DNA of 64,000 nt, taken from an uncultured delta proteobacterium (GTDB taxonomy: Bacteria > Desulfobacterota > Binatia > Binatales > Binataceae). The notes beneath the pieces were generated by a model. The model was not told the DNA's origin and searched no databases. It saw only the letters and a list, made by a program, of their open reading frames with translations. Position numbers and translations under genes: made by a program. This document shows positions 8,841 to 18,906 of this stretch, one piece after another. How positions within the stretch are numbered: the stretch's first letter is position 1; the number at the start of each line of letters is the position of its first letter. The DNA lies in NCBI GenBank assembly GCA_963711565.1, contig CAVQEQ010000004.1, positions 832,001 through 896,000 on the forward strand, in the 5' to 3' direction.

Positions 8841-9554
8841 TTACTCATTCGGTACCAGTTCGACGCGGCGGTTCTGAGCGCGACCCTCAGCCGTGTCGTT
8901 GGTGGCAACGAAGTCAGTCTTGCCATAACCGTGCGGGATCAACTGGCTCGACGGGATTCCGGCTTTCACCAGGTAATCCACGACCGCATCCGAGCGCCGA
9001 TCGGACAGCTTGAGGTTGTATTCCTCGCTGCCGATAGCGTCGCAGTAGCCATTGACGTTGATCGTCACGTTCGGATTGGCCTTCAGAGTCGTTGCGGCCT
9101 CATCCAGAACGGCGGCGTCACCCGGACGGATGATCGACTTGTTGAAGTCGAAATGCACACCGCGTAGTACCAACTTCTCCTTTACCGGCGGCGGCGGAGG
9201 AGGCGGTGGAGGCGGCGGCGGAGGAGGTGGCGGCGGTGGAGGAGGCGGCGGTTGGATTACTTCGTCGCAGAGGTAGTGGCCCGCTAGCGCGCCGACCAAG
9301 CCGCCTGCGGCTGCTCCGCCCAAGCCCGCCCATACGCGGGAATCATTGCTGCTGTTCGATTTCCCTTGGGTATTGTCAACGATGACGATGCCTGAAGCGG
9401 CACCGATACCCGCTCCAAGTGCGCCACCGACGGCCGCGCATATTCCCCACGATCGTGGCTGCTCCAGATATGCGCAACCGCTCATGCTGGACGCGAATAG
9501 CGCCGCGCCAGCGATGGCAACGACCGCATTCAAAAGCCTTGATTTCAGTCTCAT
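8841..9554 (-). CDS. OmpA-family lipoprotein, copy 5 (Pro22 linker; most divergent N-terminus)
   Basis: Lipobox MSGC, glycine zipper, OmpA_C motifs; ATG 9554 after GAGGAGG. Confidence 0.93.
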   Translation of the reverse strand: MRLKSRLLNAVVAIAGAALFASSMSGCAYLEQPRSWGICAAVGGALGAGIGAASGIVIVDNTQGKSNSSNDSRVWAGLGGAAAGGLVGALAGHYLCDEVIQPPPPPPPPPPPPPPPPPPPPPPVKEKLVLRGVHFDFNKSIIRPGDAAVLDEAATTLKANPNVTINVNGYCDAIGSEEYNLKLSDRRSDAVVDYLVKAGIPSSQLIPHGYGKTDFVATNDTAEGRAQNRRVELVPNE

Positions 9555-9821
9555 GAACTCCTCCTCACCCAAGAGCGTCTACGCGCGGAAGTGAACCCCT
9601 CACTTGCCCCCGAACGGCGAACCCATGTGCAAACGGGTATCCCCACCCAATTGACGGGGAAATATAGTTATATTTGTAACAGGAATGCAACACGTCCGGG
9701 GGGTGCAAGGCGAGATTTCTGCCCAGAGACTGGCTGGCGTCGCTGCGGCGAAGCCCGGTCGACCTGTGGATAAGTGTCGCTGAATTTGTTCCGGTTACCC
9801 GGTAAGGCGGGGCTGATACGA

Positions 9822-9857
9822 CGCTCCGAACTCCCGCGAAAGATGGAGTTCGGAGCG
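9822..9857 (-). terminator. 13-bp stem-loop downstream of the His-rich gene (no U tract)
   Basis: CGCTCCGAACTCC-N10-GGAGTTCGGAGCG. Confidence 0.5.
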
Positions 9858-9872
9858 GTCATTCGAGTCGAA

Positions 9873-10352
9873 TCAGTTATGGTGATGATGCTTCTGCGCA
9901 GGGATTGCTCCTGCTTCGTTTGCTCCAGCCACCGGCTCGTGCTCTGCATAGGTACCCGGATGCGGCGCGACCTCGGCATGATTCTGGGCCCATTCGGGAT
10001 GATCATGCGCCCACTCTGGATGGTGCTCGTTCACCCAGTTGGGGTCGTGCGCATGCCACCAGTTCTCGTCGCGCCATACGTGACCCGAATCGTAGGCCCC
10101 GACGCCGTGCTGGGCGAGCCTCTTGTATTCGTTGGGATGGTTCTGCATGAACGTCTGCAATTCAGGATGCTCATCGCGGAATTGCTTGTTGTAAAGCAGC
10201 GACGGATCGGCGCGTACTTTAGCAGCCAAGTCCGGATGCGCATTGAGAAACTTGTCCATTTTCGGGCCCATCTCCTGCGCCATCGCCACCGATGTTATCG
10301 CGGTCGCGAGCAGAATAATCGCGCCGGCTAGCAAGGTTTTAGGATGCTTCAT
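9873..10352 (-). CDS. Secreted His/Trp/Pro-repeat hypothetical protein
   Basis: Signal peptide AMA-Q; repeated HP[DE][LW]; C-terminal HHHH; AGGAG RBS. Confidence 0.85.
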   Translation of the reverse strand: MKHPKTLLAGAIILLATAITSVAMAQEMGPKMDKFLNAHPDLAAKVRADPSLLYNKQFRDEHPELQTFMQNHPNEYKRLAQHGVGAYDSGHVWRDENWWHAHDPNWVNEHHPEWAHDHPEWAQNHAEVAPHPGTYAEHEPVAGANEAGAIPAQKHHHHN

Positions 10353-10840
10353 GTCTGATTTCTCCTGGTTCTCGACTCTGTTCTTGTTAGGCGCTAATCG
10401 CCCGCATTATATCCCAGCAATCAACCGAGTGCACTCTTACTCTTCTGCTACGATAACTTCATGCATCTCGCAAAGAGAGTACGCCGCAGCCAGATTTCGG
10501 TTGCTGTCCACATCGACGCGATCGGAGGTTCAGACGGGTTCTGGGGATGAACTATTCAGCCTGACCCGGCCCGACTTTTCTGTGCTATTCTTATGCGATG
10601 GAAAACGGACAGCCGTCAGCATGTCCCATAGTCACCCGGCTCGTTCGGAGTGGGTTCGGCGCCAGCTTGCGAAAAAAGCATTTTCGACGGAACGAAGCTA
10701 CCGATGGTAGTCTAGTCGTCACCAGACTACCACATACGGTACAACTGCGACTTGTTCCCCCGTCTATCGGTTTCCACAACTTGGATTGACTGCCCGCTAA
10801 TTCCGCGAAAAGCGCGATCCTGCTACAGTCGTTTTTTTCC

Positions 10841-13051
10841 ATGCTTTCACTAGCTCGCGGTAAAGAGGGAAGTTTCAAGCTGGTCTCGGGCTACAAGCCC
10901 GAGGGCGACCAGCCGACTGCGATCGAATCGATCGTCGCCAATCTCAACGACAAGGTGCCGCATCAGGTACTGCTCGGCGTCACCGGCTCGGGCAAGACGT
11001 TCACGATGGCCAACGTGATCGCGCGCGTGAACCGGCCCACGCTCGTGATGGCGCCGAACAAGACGCTCGCCGCGCAGCTCTACAACGAGTTCAAGAGCCT
11101 GTTCCCCGAAAACGCGATCCGCTACTTCGTCTCGTATTACGACTACTACCAGCCCGAGGCGTACGTGCCCTCGACCGACACCTTCATCGAGAAAGACGCG
11201 AGCATCAACGACGAGATCGACAAGCTGCGGCACTCTGCAACGAAGGCGCTGCTCGAGCGCAACGACGTGCTGATCGTGGCGTCGGTCTCGTGCATCTACG
11301 GCCTCGGCGAGCCCGAGGTGTACTTCGAGATGCTGGTGTTCCTCGAAGAGGGACAGACCATCGACCGCGACAAGATGCTGCGCAAGCTCATCAACATCAT
11401 GTACGAGCGCAACGACTACGACTTTCATCGCGGGACGTTTCGCGTGCGCGGCGACACGGTCGAGATTTTTCCCGCCTACGAAGAGCAGCGCGCGGTGCGA
11501 GTCGAATTTTTCGGCGACCAGGTTGAGGCGATGTACGAAATCGACGCGCTGCGCGGCAAGGTGATCCGCAAGCTGCAGAGCATCGCGATCTACCCCGCAT
11601 CGCATTACGTGACGACCTCCGATCGGATGGAAATCGCGGTGCGCGACATCCGCGCCGAACTTAAGGATCGCCTCGAGTTCTTCCGCGCAGAGAATAGGCT
11701 GCTCGAAGCCCAGCGTCTCGAACAGCGCACGATGTACGATCTCGAGCTGTTGGCCGAGATGGGCTTCTGTCCGGGAATCGAGAACTATTCACGCCATCTG
11801 ACCGGCCGCTCGCCCGGACAGGCGCCGCCGACGCTCCTCGATTACTTCCCGAACAACTCGCTGTTCTTCATCGACGAGAGTCACGTAACGGTTCCGCAAA
11901 TCGGCGGGATGTATCGCGGCGACCGCTCGCGCAAGTCGGTGCTGGTCGATTTCGGATTCCGGCTGCCGTCCGCGCTCGACAATCGCCCGCTCAATTTCGA
12001 GGAATGGGAATCGCACATCGTGCAGGCCGTCTATGTCTCTGCGACGCCCGGCGACTACGAGCAGCAGAAATCGGGCGGCCTCATCGTCGAGCAGCTCATT
12101 CGCCCGACCGGACTTATCGATCCGCAAATCGAAGTGCGCAAGGCCGGCACGCAGGTCGATGATCTGCTCGAGGAAATTCACAAGCGCGTCGCCGTCAACG
12201 AGCGCGTGCTGGTGACCTGCCTCACCAAAAAGATGGCTGAGGATCTGACCGACTACTACCACGACCTCGGCATCCGCGTGCGCTACCTGCATTCCGACAT
12301 CGAGACGATCGAGCGCGTCGAGATCATCCGCAGCCTGCGCAAGGGCGACTTCGACGTGCTGGTCGGAATCAATCTGTTGCGCGAAGGCCTCGACCTGCCC
12401 GAGGTGTCGCTGGTCGCGATTCTCGACGCCGACAAGGAAGGCTACCTGCGTTCGGCGCGTTCGCTGATTCAGACGACGGGCCGCGCCGCGCGCCATATCA
12501 ATGGTCGCGTGATCATGTACGCGGACACGATCACGAAATCGATGGAGCATGCGATTGGCGAGACCAATCGCCGGCGCGCCAAGCAGGTCGCATACAACGA
12601 GCAGCACGGCATCACGCCCACGTCGATTGTCAAGGCAATCGACGCGTCTCTGGTCGAGATGTACTCGCCTGAATGGGCCGTGGTCCCGGAAATCGGCGAC
12701 GACAAGCGCGAGGAGGAGTTCATCCCGGCGCACGAGCTGCCCGATCGAATCACCGAACTGCGGCAACAGATGATGGAGGCGGCGGAAAAGCTCGACTACG
12801 AGCGCGCCGCCGACCTGCGCGACCAGATAAAAAAGCTCGAGCGCCACGCCTTCGGCATGGATCAGCCGCGCCACCCGGTGCAGCCATCGCTGCCGCCGGG
12901 CTCAGCGCATCAACGCCCGAGTATTGAAAAGGGCATTCCGGTAAAAACCCGCGGCCGCCGCGGCGCGGGCGCCGCAACCGGCGCGGCGCCAGGCGCGATA
13001 CGCCCCGTCAAACAAAGCAAGCTCAAGCTGATCCCCGACGCGCCGAAGTAG
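10841..13051 (+). CDS. uvrB: Excinuclease ABC subunit B
   Basis: [35 protein letters not shown] domain. Confidence 0.98.
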   Translation: MLSLARGKEGSFKLVSGYKPEGDQPTAIESIVANLNDKVPHQVLLGVTGSGKTFTMANVIARVNRPTLVMAPNKTLAAQLYNEFKSLFPENAIRYFVSYYDYYQPEAYVPSTDTFIEKDASINDEIDKLRHSATKALLERNDVLIVASVSCIYGLGEPEVYFEMLVFLEEGQTIDRDKMLRKLINIMYERNDYDFHRGTFRVRGDTVEIFPAYEEQRAVRVEFFGDQVEAMYEIDALRGKVIRKLQSIAIYPASHYVTTSDRMEIAVRDIRAELKDRLEFFRAENRLLEAQRLEQRTMYDLELLAEMGFCPGIENYSRHLTGRSPGQAPPTLLDYFPNNSLFFIDESHVTVPQIGGMYRGDRSRKSVLVDFGFRLPSALDNRPLNFEEWESHIVQAVYVSATPGDYEQQKSGGLIVEQLIRPTGLIDPQIEVRKAGTQVDDLLEEIHKRVAVNERVLVTCLTKKMAEDLTDYYHDLGIRVRYLHSDIETIERVEIIRSLRKGDFDVLVGINLLREGLDLPEVSLVAILDADKEGYLRSARSLIQTTGRAARHINGRVIMYADTITKSMEHAIGETNRRRAKQVAYNEQHGITPTSIVKAIDASLVEMYSPEWAVVPEIGDDKREEEFIPAHELPDRITELRQQMMEAAEKLDYERAADLRDQIKKLERHAFGMDQPRHPVQPSLPPGSAHQRPSIEKGIPVKTRGRRGAGAATGAAPGAIRPVKQSKLKLIPDAPK

Positions 13052-13091
13052 CAGTAGCGCCTCACTTGGCAGAGACTCCGCGAGGAGAACG

Positions 13092-13460
13092 ATGACCTTC
13101 AACGGGATATGTCTGGTGACCAAGGACGTGAAGCGCTCTCGACTGTTCTACGAAGCGGTGTTGCGAACTTCGTTCAAAGGTGATGACGCTTTTGCCTGGA
13201 TCGAAGCTGCTCGTGGAAATTTCTCGATCTTCAGCGTTCAGGGAATGGAAGAAATGGCTCCCGGCTCGATGGATGGAGCCGGGCACGGAAGCTTCACGAT
13301 CGAATTCGAGGTCGAAGATGTCGATCTGGAGTTCGGGCGACTGAAGGCTGCGGGCGTAGAGTTCGTCAAGGAACCAACGACGCAATCCTGGCGCCGCCGA
13401 TCGGTCTGGTTCCGCGATCCTGATGGAAATATCGTGAACTTCTACAAGTCTCTGGTTTGA
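13092..13460 (+). CDS. VOC/glyoxalase family protein
   Basis: FY..VL, FEVEDVD, WFRDPDGNIV; GAGGAG RBS. Confidence 0.88.
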   Translation: MTFNGICLVTKDVKRSRLFYEAVLRTSFKGDDAFAWIEAARGNFSIFSVQGMEEMAPGSMDGAGHGSFTIEFEVEDVDLEFGRLKAAGVEFVKEPTTQSWRRRSVWFRDPDGNIVNFYKSLV

Positions 13461-13575
13461 AGAAACCACTGCGACACAGCTGTCTAAGATGGGGATCGCA
13501 TCGGGTGCGATGCGTTCGCGCTCGTCGGTCGAGTCTGACCTTCATTCGCATAAGATGCGGCGCTGACGGGAGTGA

Positions 13576-14580
13576 ATGCAGCCTGTGACCAGACGACGAT
13601 TTCTTGCATTGGCGGCGCGCGTTGGTGCGATCGTTTCGATGACCGCAGGGAAGGCGCTTGCGGCGATCGCGCCGTCCGGCGGGATGCAGTATCGGACGCT
13701 GGGCCGCACGGGCGCGAAGGTCTCGCTCATCGGGGTCGGCGGTTACCATATCGGCCAGCCGAAGGACCCGCGCGACGGTATCGCGATTATCCGCAGCGCG
13801 ATCGACAACGGCGTGACCTTCATGGACAACTCGTGGGATTACCATCTCGGCGACAGCGAAATCAGGATGGGCAACGCGCTGCGAGACGGTTATCGCGACA
13901 AAGTCTTCCTGATGACCAAGGTCGATGGGCGCACGCGATGGACAGTGGACTGGCAGCTCGACGAGTCATTGAAGCGCTTGCAGACCGACCACGTCGATCT
14001 GCTGCAGATTCACGAAGTGATCCGCGACAACGATCCTGATCGCGTCTTTGGAAAGGACGGGGCGATCGAAGCGCTGCTCGCGGCGAAGAAAGCCGGCAAG
14101 ATTCGCTTCTTCGGATTCTCGGGGCATAAGACGCCGGCGATGCTGCTCAAGATGATCCGGCTCGCCGATCAATATGGCGTCACCTTCGACACGGTGCAGA
14201 TGCCGCTCAACGTGATGGACGCGCATTACGACAGCTTCCAGCAGAATGTGCTGCCGGTCGCGCTGGAAAAGAACATGGGCGTGATCGCGATGAAGTGTTT
14301 CGGCGACAATTTCATTTTGCAGAGCAAAACTGTCACGCCGCTCGAGGCGCTGCATTACACGATGAACCTCCCGATAAGTACGCTGGTCGTCGGATGCGAA
14401 TGGATCGGGTATCTGCAGCAGGCGCTGGACGCAGTGCGGACATTTCGGCCGCTCAGTGAGACTGAGGTGGCGGCTATCCTCGCGAAGACGGCAGAGGCTG
14501 CGAAAGGCGGCCAGTTCGAATACTACAAGACGCGCGACACGTTCGACGGCACGTCAAGGAATCTGAAGTGGCTCGGCTGA
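13576..14580 (+). CDS. Tat-exported aldo/keto reductase
   Basis: TRRRFL twin-Arg signal; YRTLGRTG, DNSWDY, SLKRLQTDHVDL. Confidence 0.9.
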   Translation: MQPVTRRRFLALAARVGAIVSMTAGKALAAIAPSGGMQYRTLGRTGAKVSLIGVGGYHIGQPKDPRDGIAIIRSAIDNGVTFMDNSWDYHLGDSEIRMGNALRDGYRDKVFLMTKVDGRTRWTVDWQLDESLKRLQTDHVDLLQIHEVIRDNDPDRVFGKDGAIEALLAAKKAGKIRFFGFSGHKTPAMLLKMIRLADQYGVTFDTVQMPLNVMDAHYDSFQQNVLPVALEKNMGVIAMKCFGDNFILQSKTVTPLEALHYTMNLPISTLVVGCEWIGYLQQALDAVRTFRPLSETEVAAILAKTAEAAKGGQFEYYKTRDTFDGTSRNLKWLG

Positions 14581-14589
14581 TGCGAATAG

Positions 14590-16424
14590 TCAGCGACTAT
14601 TGGCGCGTGGCGGAAATGATATTGGAATGAGATTCGTGCGATGGACTATTGGCGCGGACGCCGCCGGTGCTGAACCCTTGAACGCTGCCTGCAGCGCGTA
14701 ATATCCGGCGCGCGGCGTCAGCACGTCGGCGCCGCCGTTCAACGATCCAGCGCCGTCATAGGAAGTGAGCACGGGAGCGTCAGGCCGGCGGCCGGGGCCT
14801 GGCGCGACTGACATCAGCCCGAACCATTCCTCGTCCCAGTACGACGCAAAGCCACTGCCCGCCTCGCCGAACGGAAACTTGCTTTGCTCGATCGTCGTGT
14901 CGTGCGACGACCAGGATCTGGCAGGCGCGCAGCTTCCTTCCACCATTCATCCTGGAACTCGAACACGTAGCCGCCCGACAGAATGCCGCCGCCAGCGGTC
15001 GATAGCGTCGAGTGAGGTCCGTAGATGTCGGATGCGATCTGTTGAATCAGTTTGGCCGCGCGATATCCCGGCGCGCCGCGGAACTCACCGGGCGCAGCGG
15101 CGCTCGCGCTTACCCATTGCGGATTCGGCGGCGGCGGCGGCTGTCCGTCGCGAGTGCGAATCGAAGCGGGCGCGCCCCATTCGGTCAGAACAATCGGCTT
15201 GGGAACGGGATTGGGTTGTTCGGTCCCCGTACCACCGCCGTTCGTGTAGTGGCCGTCAACTATCCAGTGCTTGAAGTTCGCGACCTCTTCGGTCTCGGGC
15301 TTGCGATAGGCGTTGAAGCCCCAGACGTCGAGCGCGTAAATGTCGGCGGGATACGCTCGCCGCCGATGCGCCGACTTGCAGTCGGGACCGGGATTACTGC
15401 CGCTGGGATCGACGCAGACTGGAACCGTGCGGCCGCCGGGATGCGCGTTGGCGATGTCTTTGAAAGTGACCAGCGGTTGCAGGAGCATCGGCGCTTCCGG
15501 CGGTGGATAGTCGGCGAACGCCGTCATCGTCAGTTTGCCCGGTGCGTAGCGCTTCACGACGGCGCCGAGCGAATTGAGATATTGCCAATAATCAATGTAC
15601 CGGTCGGTGCCGCGCGCGAATGGCATGTTGGTTTCATTGCCAATAGCAAATCCGAGTACTGCGGGATGATAACCGTAACGCTGCGCCAGCCACTGAGTAG
15701 TGCGCTCGAGATACATGCGTGCGTCGTGCGCCGACGCGGAATCGGGATTGGTGCTCGGAAAGGCGGACCACGGATCGACCGATACGCCGATGACTACGTA
15801 AATCGGGTTGACGCCATGATTCCAGCACAGGTCCAGGAATTGATCGCCGCCGTCGTGCGCCGGCCATTGCGCGAAACCGGCGGGCGCCGTTGTCGCGCCG
15901 AAGCGGACTCGCGGACTCACACTCCAGTCGAGCGTGTTCCATTTCGCATAGTCGGCCGGCACCATCGGAACCCATTTCCACCAGGCGTAGGTGCGGATGC
16001 TGTTGGCGCCGAGTTGACGGACGAGCCCGTCGGGAAGATCGGCGCCCGTTTCGATGTCGTTGTAGGTCGTGCCCCACAGATCGCGCATCCAGATTGGCGC
16101 GTAAGTGAGATGGGCGGGATCGCCCCAGAAATAATCCGAGCCGGGAATCGTCGCGGCGGCGTCGTTGATCGGGCGCGGCGAGTAATCGACGCCCTTGATG
16201 ACGAAGGGGACTGGCGCGCCTCCGTTCAACGACAAGAGGATGGTTTTGCGATCGCTCGCAACTGACCACCGACTCGTCGATGAATCGGGCGCAAGCAGAT
16301 TCGTCGAGAATGCGTCACTGGCGCTGAACGCGATCGCGAGGGCGATAGCAAATGCAAAAACGCGGGCGTACCCGTAGCCGGCATCGGTGGCCCCTGAATG
16401 AATCAATTCGACGCGTCCCCTCAA
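14590..16424 (-). pseudogene. Secreted clan GH-A-like TIM-barrel glycoside hydrolase, split by a frameshift near 14925
   Basis: KGVDYSP, GANSIRTY, IGNE, LTEWG, FEFQDEWWK in 14814..16424; expected tail (DEEWFGL…RAGYYAL) lies in another frame, 14590..14946. Confidence 0.75.
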
Positions 16425-16571
16425 TCACACAAAGAAGCAAGCGATATACCCTCATTCGCGCCTTGTTTCCAACGCGTCGATCGAATGATTCGTACAATCG
16501 ACAATCAGATGCTGCCGTCGTGAGCAGCACCCTGCGGTTTGATGATTGAGATTCGGCCGAGCTGTTGCGGA

Positions 16572-17042
16572 CTAGAAAGGGATGTCTTCGTCGTCCATCG
16601 GCGCGACGTCGTCGCCCGCGCCGCTACCGCCGCCTGTGGGTGCGCGATTGCGAGCCGCGCCGCCGCCGCTAAAGTCACCTGCATCATCTGTCATCGGAGC
16701 GCCGCCGCGTGAACTCAGGAATTGCGTGCGCATCGCGACAATCTCGGTGACTTTGCGTTTGCCGCTGCCGTCCTTGGCTTCGTATTCGCGGTAGGAAATT
16801 CGCCCTTCGACGTAAACCGGGCTGCCCTTCTTGAGGTACTGCGCGCAGGCCTCGCCCTGTTTGCCCCACACTATTATGTTGTGCCAGTCGGTGCGCTCCT
16901 GCCGAGCCCCGCTCTTGTCCATGAACGAGTCCTTGGTCGCGATCGAAAAGCTTGTGACCGACGAGCCCGAGTTGGTGAAACGAGTTTCGGGATCGCGCCC
17001 GAGATTGCCGATGAGAATTACCTTATTTACCGACGCCGCCAT
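16572..17042 (-). CDS. ssb: Single-stranded DNA-binding protein
   Basis: VNKVILIGNLGRDPE; C-terminal DEDIPF. Confidence 0.98.
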   Translation of the reverse strand: MAASVNKVILIGNLGRDPETRFTNSGSSVTSFSIATKDSFMDKSGARQERTDWHNIIVWGKQGEACAQYLKKGSPVYVEGRISYREYEAKDGSGKRKVTEIVAMRTQFLSSRGGAPMTDDAGDFSGGGAARNRAPTGGGSGAGDDVAPMDDEDIPF

Positions 17043-17063
17043 CTTCGCCACCTCATGCTCCGA

Positions 17064-17092
17064 AAACTAGCCCCCACCCGTTCTCAAGGCAA
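17064..17092 (-). promoter_or_regulatory. Putative sigma70 promoter of ssb
   Basis: TTGCCT-N17-TAGTTT. Confidence 0.45.
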
Positions 17093-17179
17093 GCCAGCGT
17101 GTTAGTTCGTTGCACAGCGCCTTTCGCAGCCCAATTATCACCGATATAATCCGGCTCGGTGCGGAGGCAGGACAGGGCG

Positions 17180-18856
17180 ATGGCGGCAAGCACTTCCACG
17201 ACCGCGCCGGTCCGAGTCGTGGCCCTTGGCGGGCTCGGCGAGATCGGCCTCAACTTGATGGCGATCGAATGCGCCGGGCGCGCGATCGTGATCGATTGCG
17301 GCGTGATGTTCCCCGACGAGCCGGCGCTCGGGCTGGGAACCTATATCCCCGAGATGGTGTGGTTCGAGCGCAGCCGCGTCGCGGTCGAGGCGGTCGTCCT
17401 CACGCACGCCCACGAGGATCATATCGGCGCACTGGCGCATCTGCTGCGCCGCTTCAACGTTCCCGTTTACGGTACTGATATAACGCTCGCGTTCACGCGG
17501 CGGCGCCTCGCCGACGCGGAGTTCGACGATCCGGTAGATCTGCGGACGATCACGCCGCGCCAGACTTTCGAGGCGGGACCCTTCACGGTCGAGCCGATTC
17601 GCGTTACGCATTCGACGCCCAACTCGATCGCGCTCGCGATTCGCACGCCGGCGGGAATCATAGTTCATAGCGGCGATTTCAAGATCGACGATGCGCCCGT
17701 GGACGGCCAGATGTTCGATCGCGAGCGCTTTGCCGAGCTGGGCGCGGAGGGCGTCGCGCTGTTGCTGTCGGATTCGACCAACGTCGAGCGTACCGGCAGG
17801 TCGGGCTCGGAGAGCTCGCTCAAGCCCGTGTTGCGCGAGCTCACGTCGCGCGCACGCGGCAGATTTTTCTTGTCGGCCTTTTCATCGCATCTGCATCGGA
17901 TTCGCCAGTTTGTCGAAGTCTCGCGCGAGTTCGGCCGCCGCGTCGTTCCGCTCGGGCGCGCGATGGCGGAGAGCGTGCGGCTCGGTCTCGAGACCGGCCA
18001 GCTTCCATTTGCCCGCGCGATGTTCGTAGAACCGGGCGAGGCGGAGTTTCTCGACGGCAATCGGCTGAGCTACCTGACCAGCGGCAGCCAGGGTGAGCCG
18101 CTGTCCGCGCTGGCGAAGATCGCTGGCGATGCGCACCCGCGCGTTCGTATCGAGCATGGCGACGTGGTGGTGCTGTCGTCGCGCTTCATCCCTGGCAACG
18201 AGCGCACGATCAACACGTTGGTGAATCGTCTGTATAAGCAGGGCGCCGACGTGGTTTACGACGCGGTCGCTCCCGTCCACGTTTCAGGGCACGCCAGCCA
18301 GGACGAGCTGACGGAGATGATCGCGCTCACGCGCCCGCGGCACTTTGTTCCGATTCATGGCGAATATCGTCATCTGAGCCGGCACGTCGCGCTCGCGATC
18401 GCGGCGGGAATTCCGGAGCAGAACTGCTTCCTGCTCGAAGATGGCGATTCGCTGATTCTCAACGGTGGTGGTGGCGACGCGCGTCGCGGATCGACAGTCG
18501 AGGCGGGCCGTGTTGCGCTCGATGTCGTGGACGGCGGCGATCCGGCGGTGGTCGGCGAGCGCCGGGTGCTCGCGCGCGACGGCACGGTTACGGCGGTGGT
18601 GGTCCTCTCCGCGAAAACCGGACGCATCGTTGCCGGCCCGGATCTACTATCGCGGGGGTTGGTGAGCGGCGACGGAACTTCGGCGCACATGCGGCGCGCG
18701 AAAGAGGAACTGACGCGGCGCCTGGACGCGCTCGGCGGCCCGCTGCATGCGAACGATTCCCGCGTGAAGGAAGAGATCGTGCGCGCGATCCGGCGTTACT
18801 TCAGCGACGAGCTCGGCAAGCGGCCGTTGGTGATTCCCTACGTGACGGAGGTCTGA
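17180..18856 (+). CDS. rnj: Ribonuclease J
   Basis: LGGLGEIG, THAHEDHIG, HSGDFK, HVSGH, PIHGE. Confidence 0.96.
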   Translation: MAASTSTTAPVRVVALGGLGEIGLNLMAIECAGRAIVIDCGVMFPDEPALGLGTYIPEMVWFERSRVAVEAVVLTHAHEDHIGALAHLLRRFNVPVYGTDITLAFTRRRLADAEFDDPVDLRTITPRQTFEAGPFTVEPIRVTHSTPNSIALAIRTPAGIIVHSGDFKIDDAPVDGQMFDRERFAELGAEGVALLLSDSTNVERTGRSGSESSLKPVLRELTSRARGRFFLSAFSSHLHRIRQFVEVSREFGRRVVPLGRAMAESVRLGLETGQLPFARAMFVEPGEAEFLDGNRLSYLTSGSQGEPLSALAKIAGDAHPRVRIEHGDVVVLSSRFIPGNERTINTLVNRLYKQGADVVYDAVAPVHVSGHASQDELTEMIALTRPRHFVPIHGEYRHLSRHVALAIAAGIPEQNCFLLEDGDSLILNGGGGDARRGSTVEAGRVALDVVDGGDPAVVGERRVLARDGTVTAVVVLSAKTGRIVAGPDLLSRGLVSGDGTSAHMRRAKEELTRRLDALGGPLHANDSRVKEEIVRAIRRYFSDELGKRPLVIPYVTEV

Positions 18857-18906
18857 ACCCCATCGCGCGCAAGGAGAAAACCGTCATCGAGCTGCATCCG
18901 CCGGCC

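Noticed and set aside
9765-9773. Perfect DnaA box TGTGGATAA as a sign of oriC
   Set aside because: Only one exact box seen, no cluster or unwinding element, no dnaA/dnaN; at most a regulatory site
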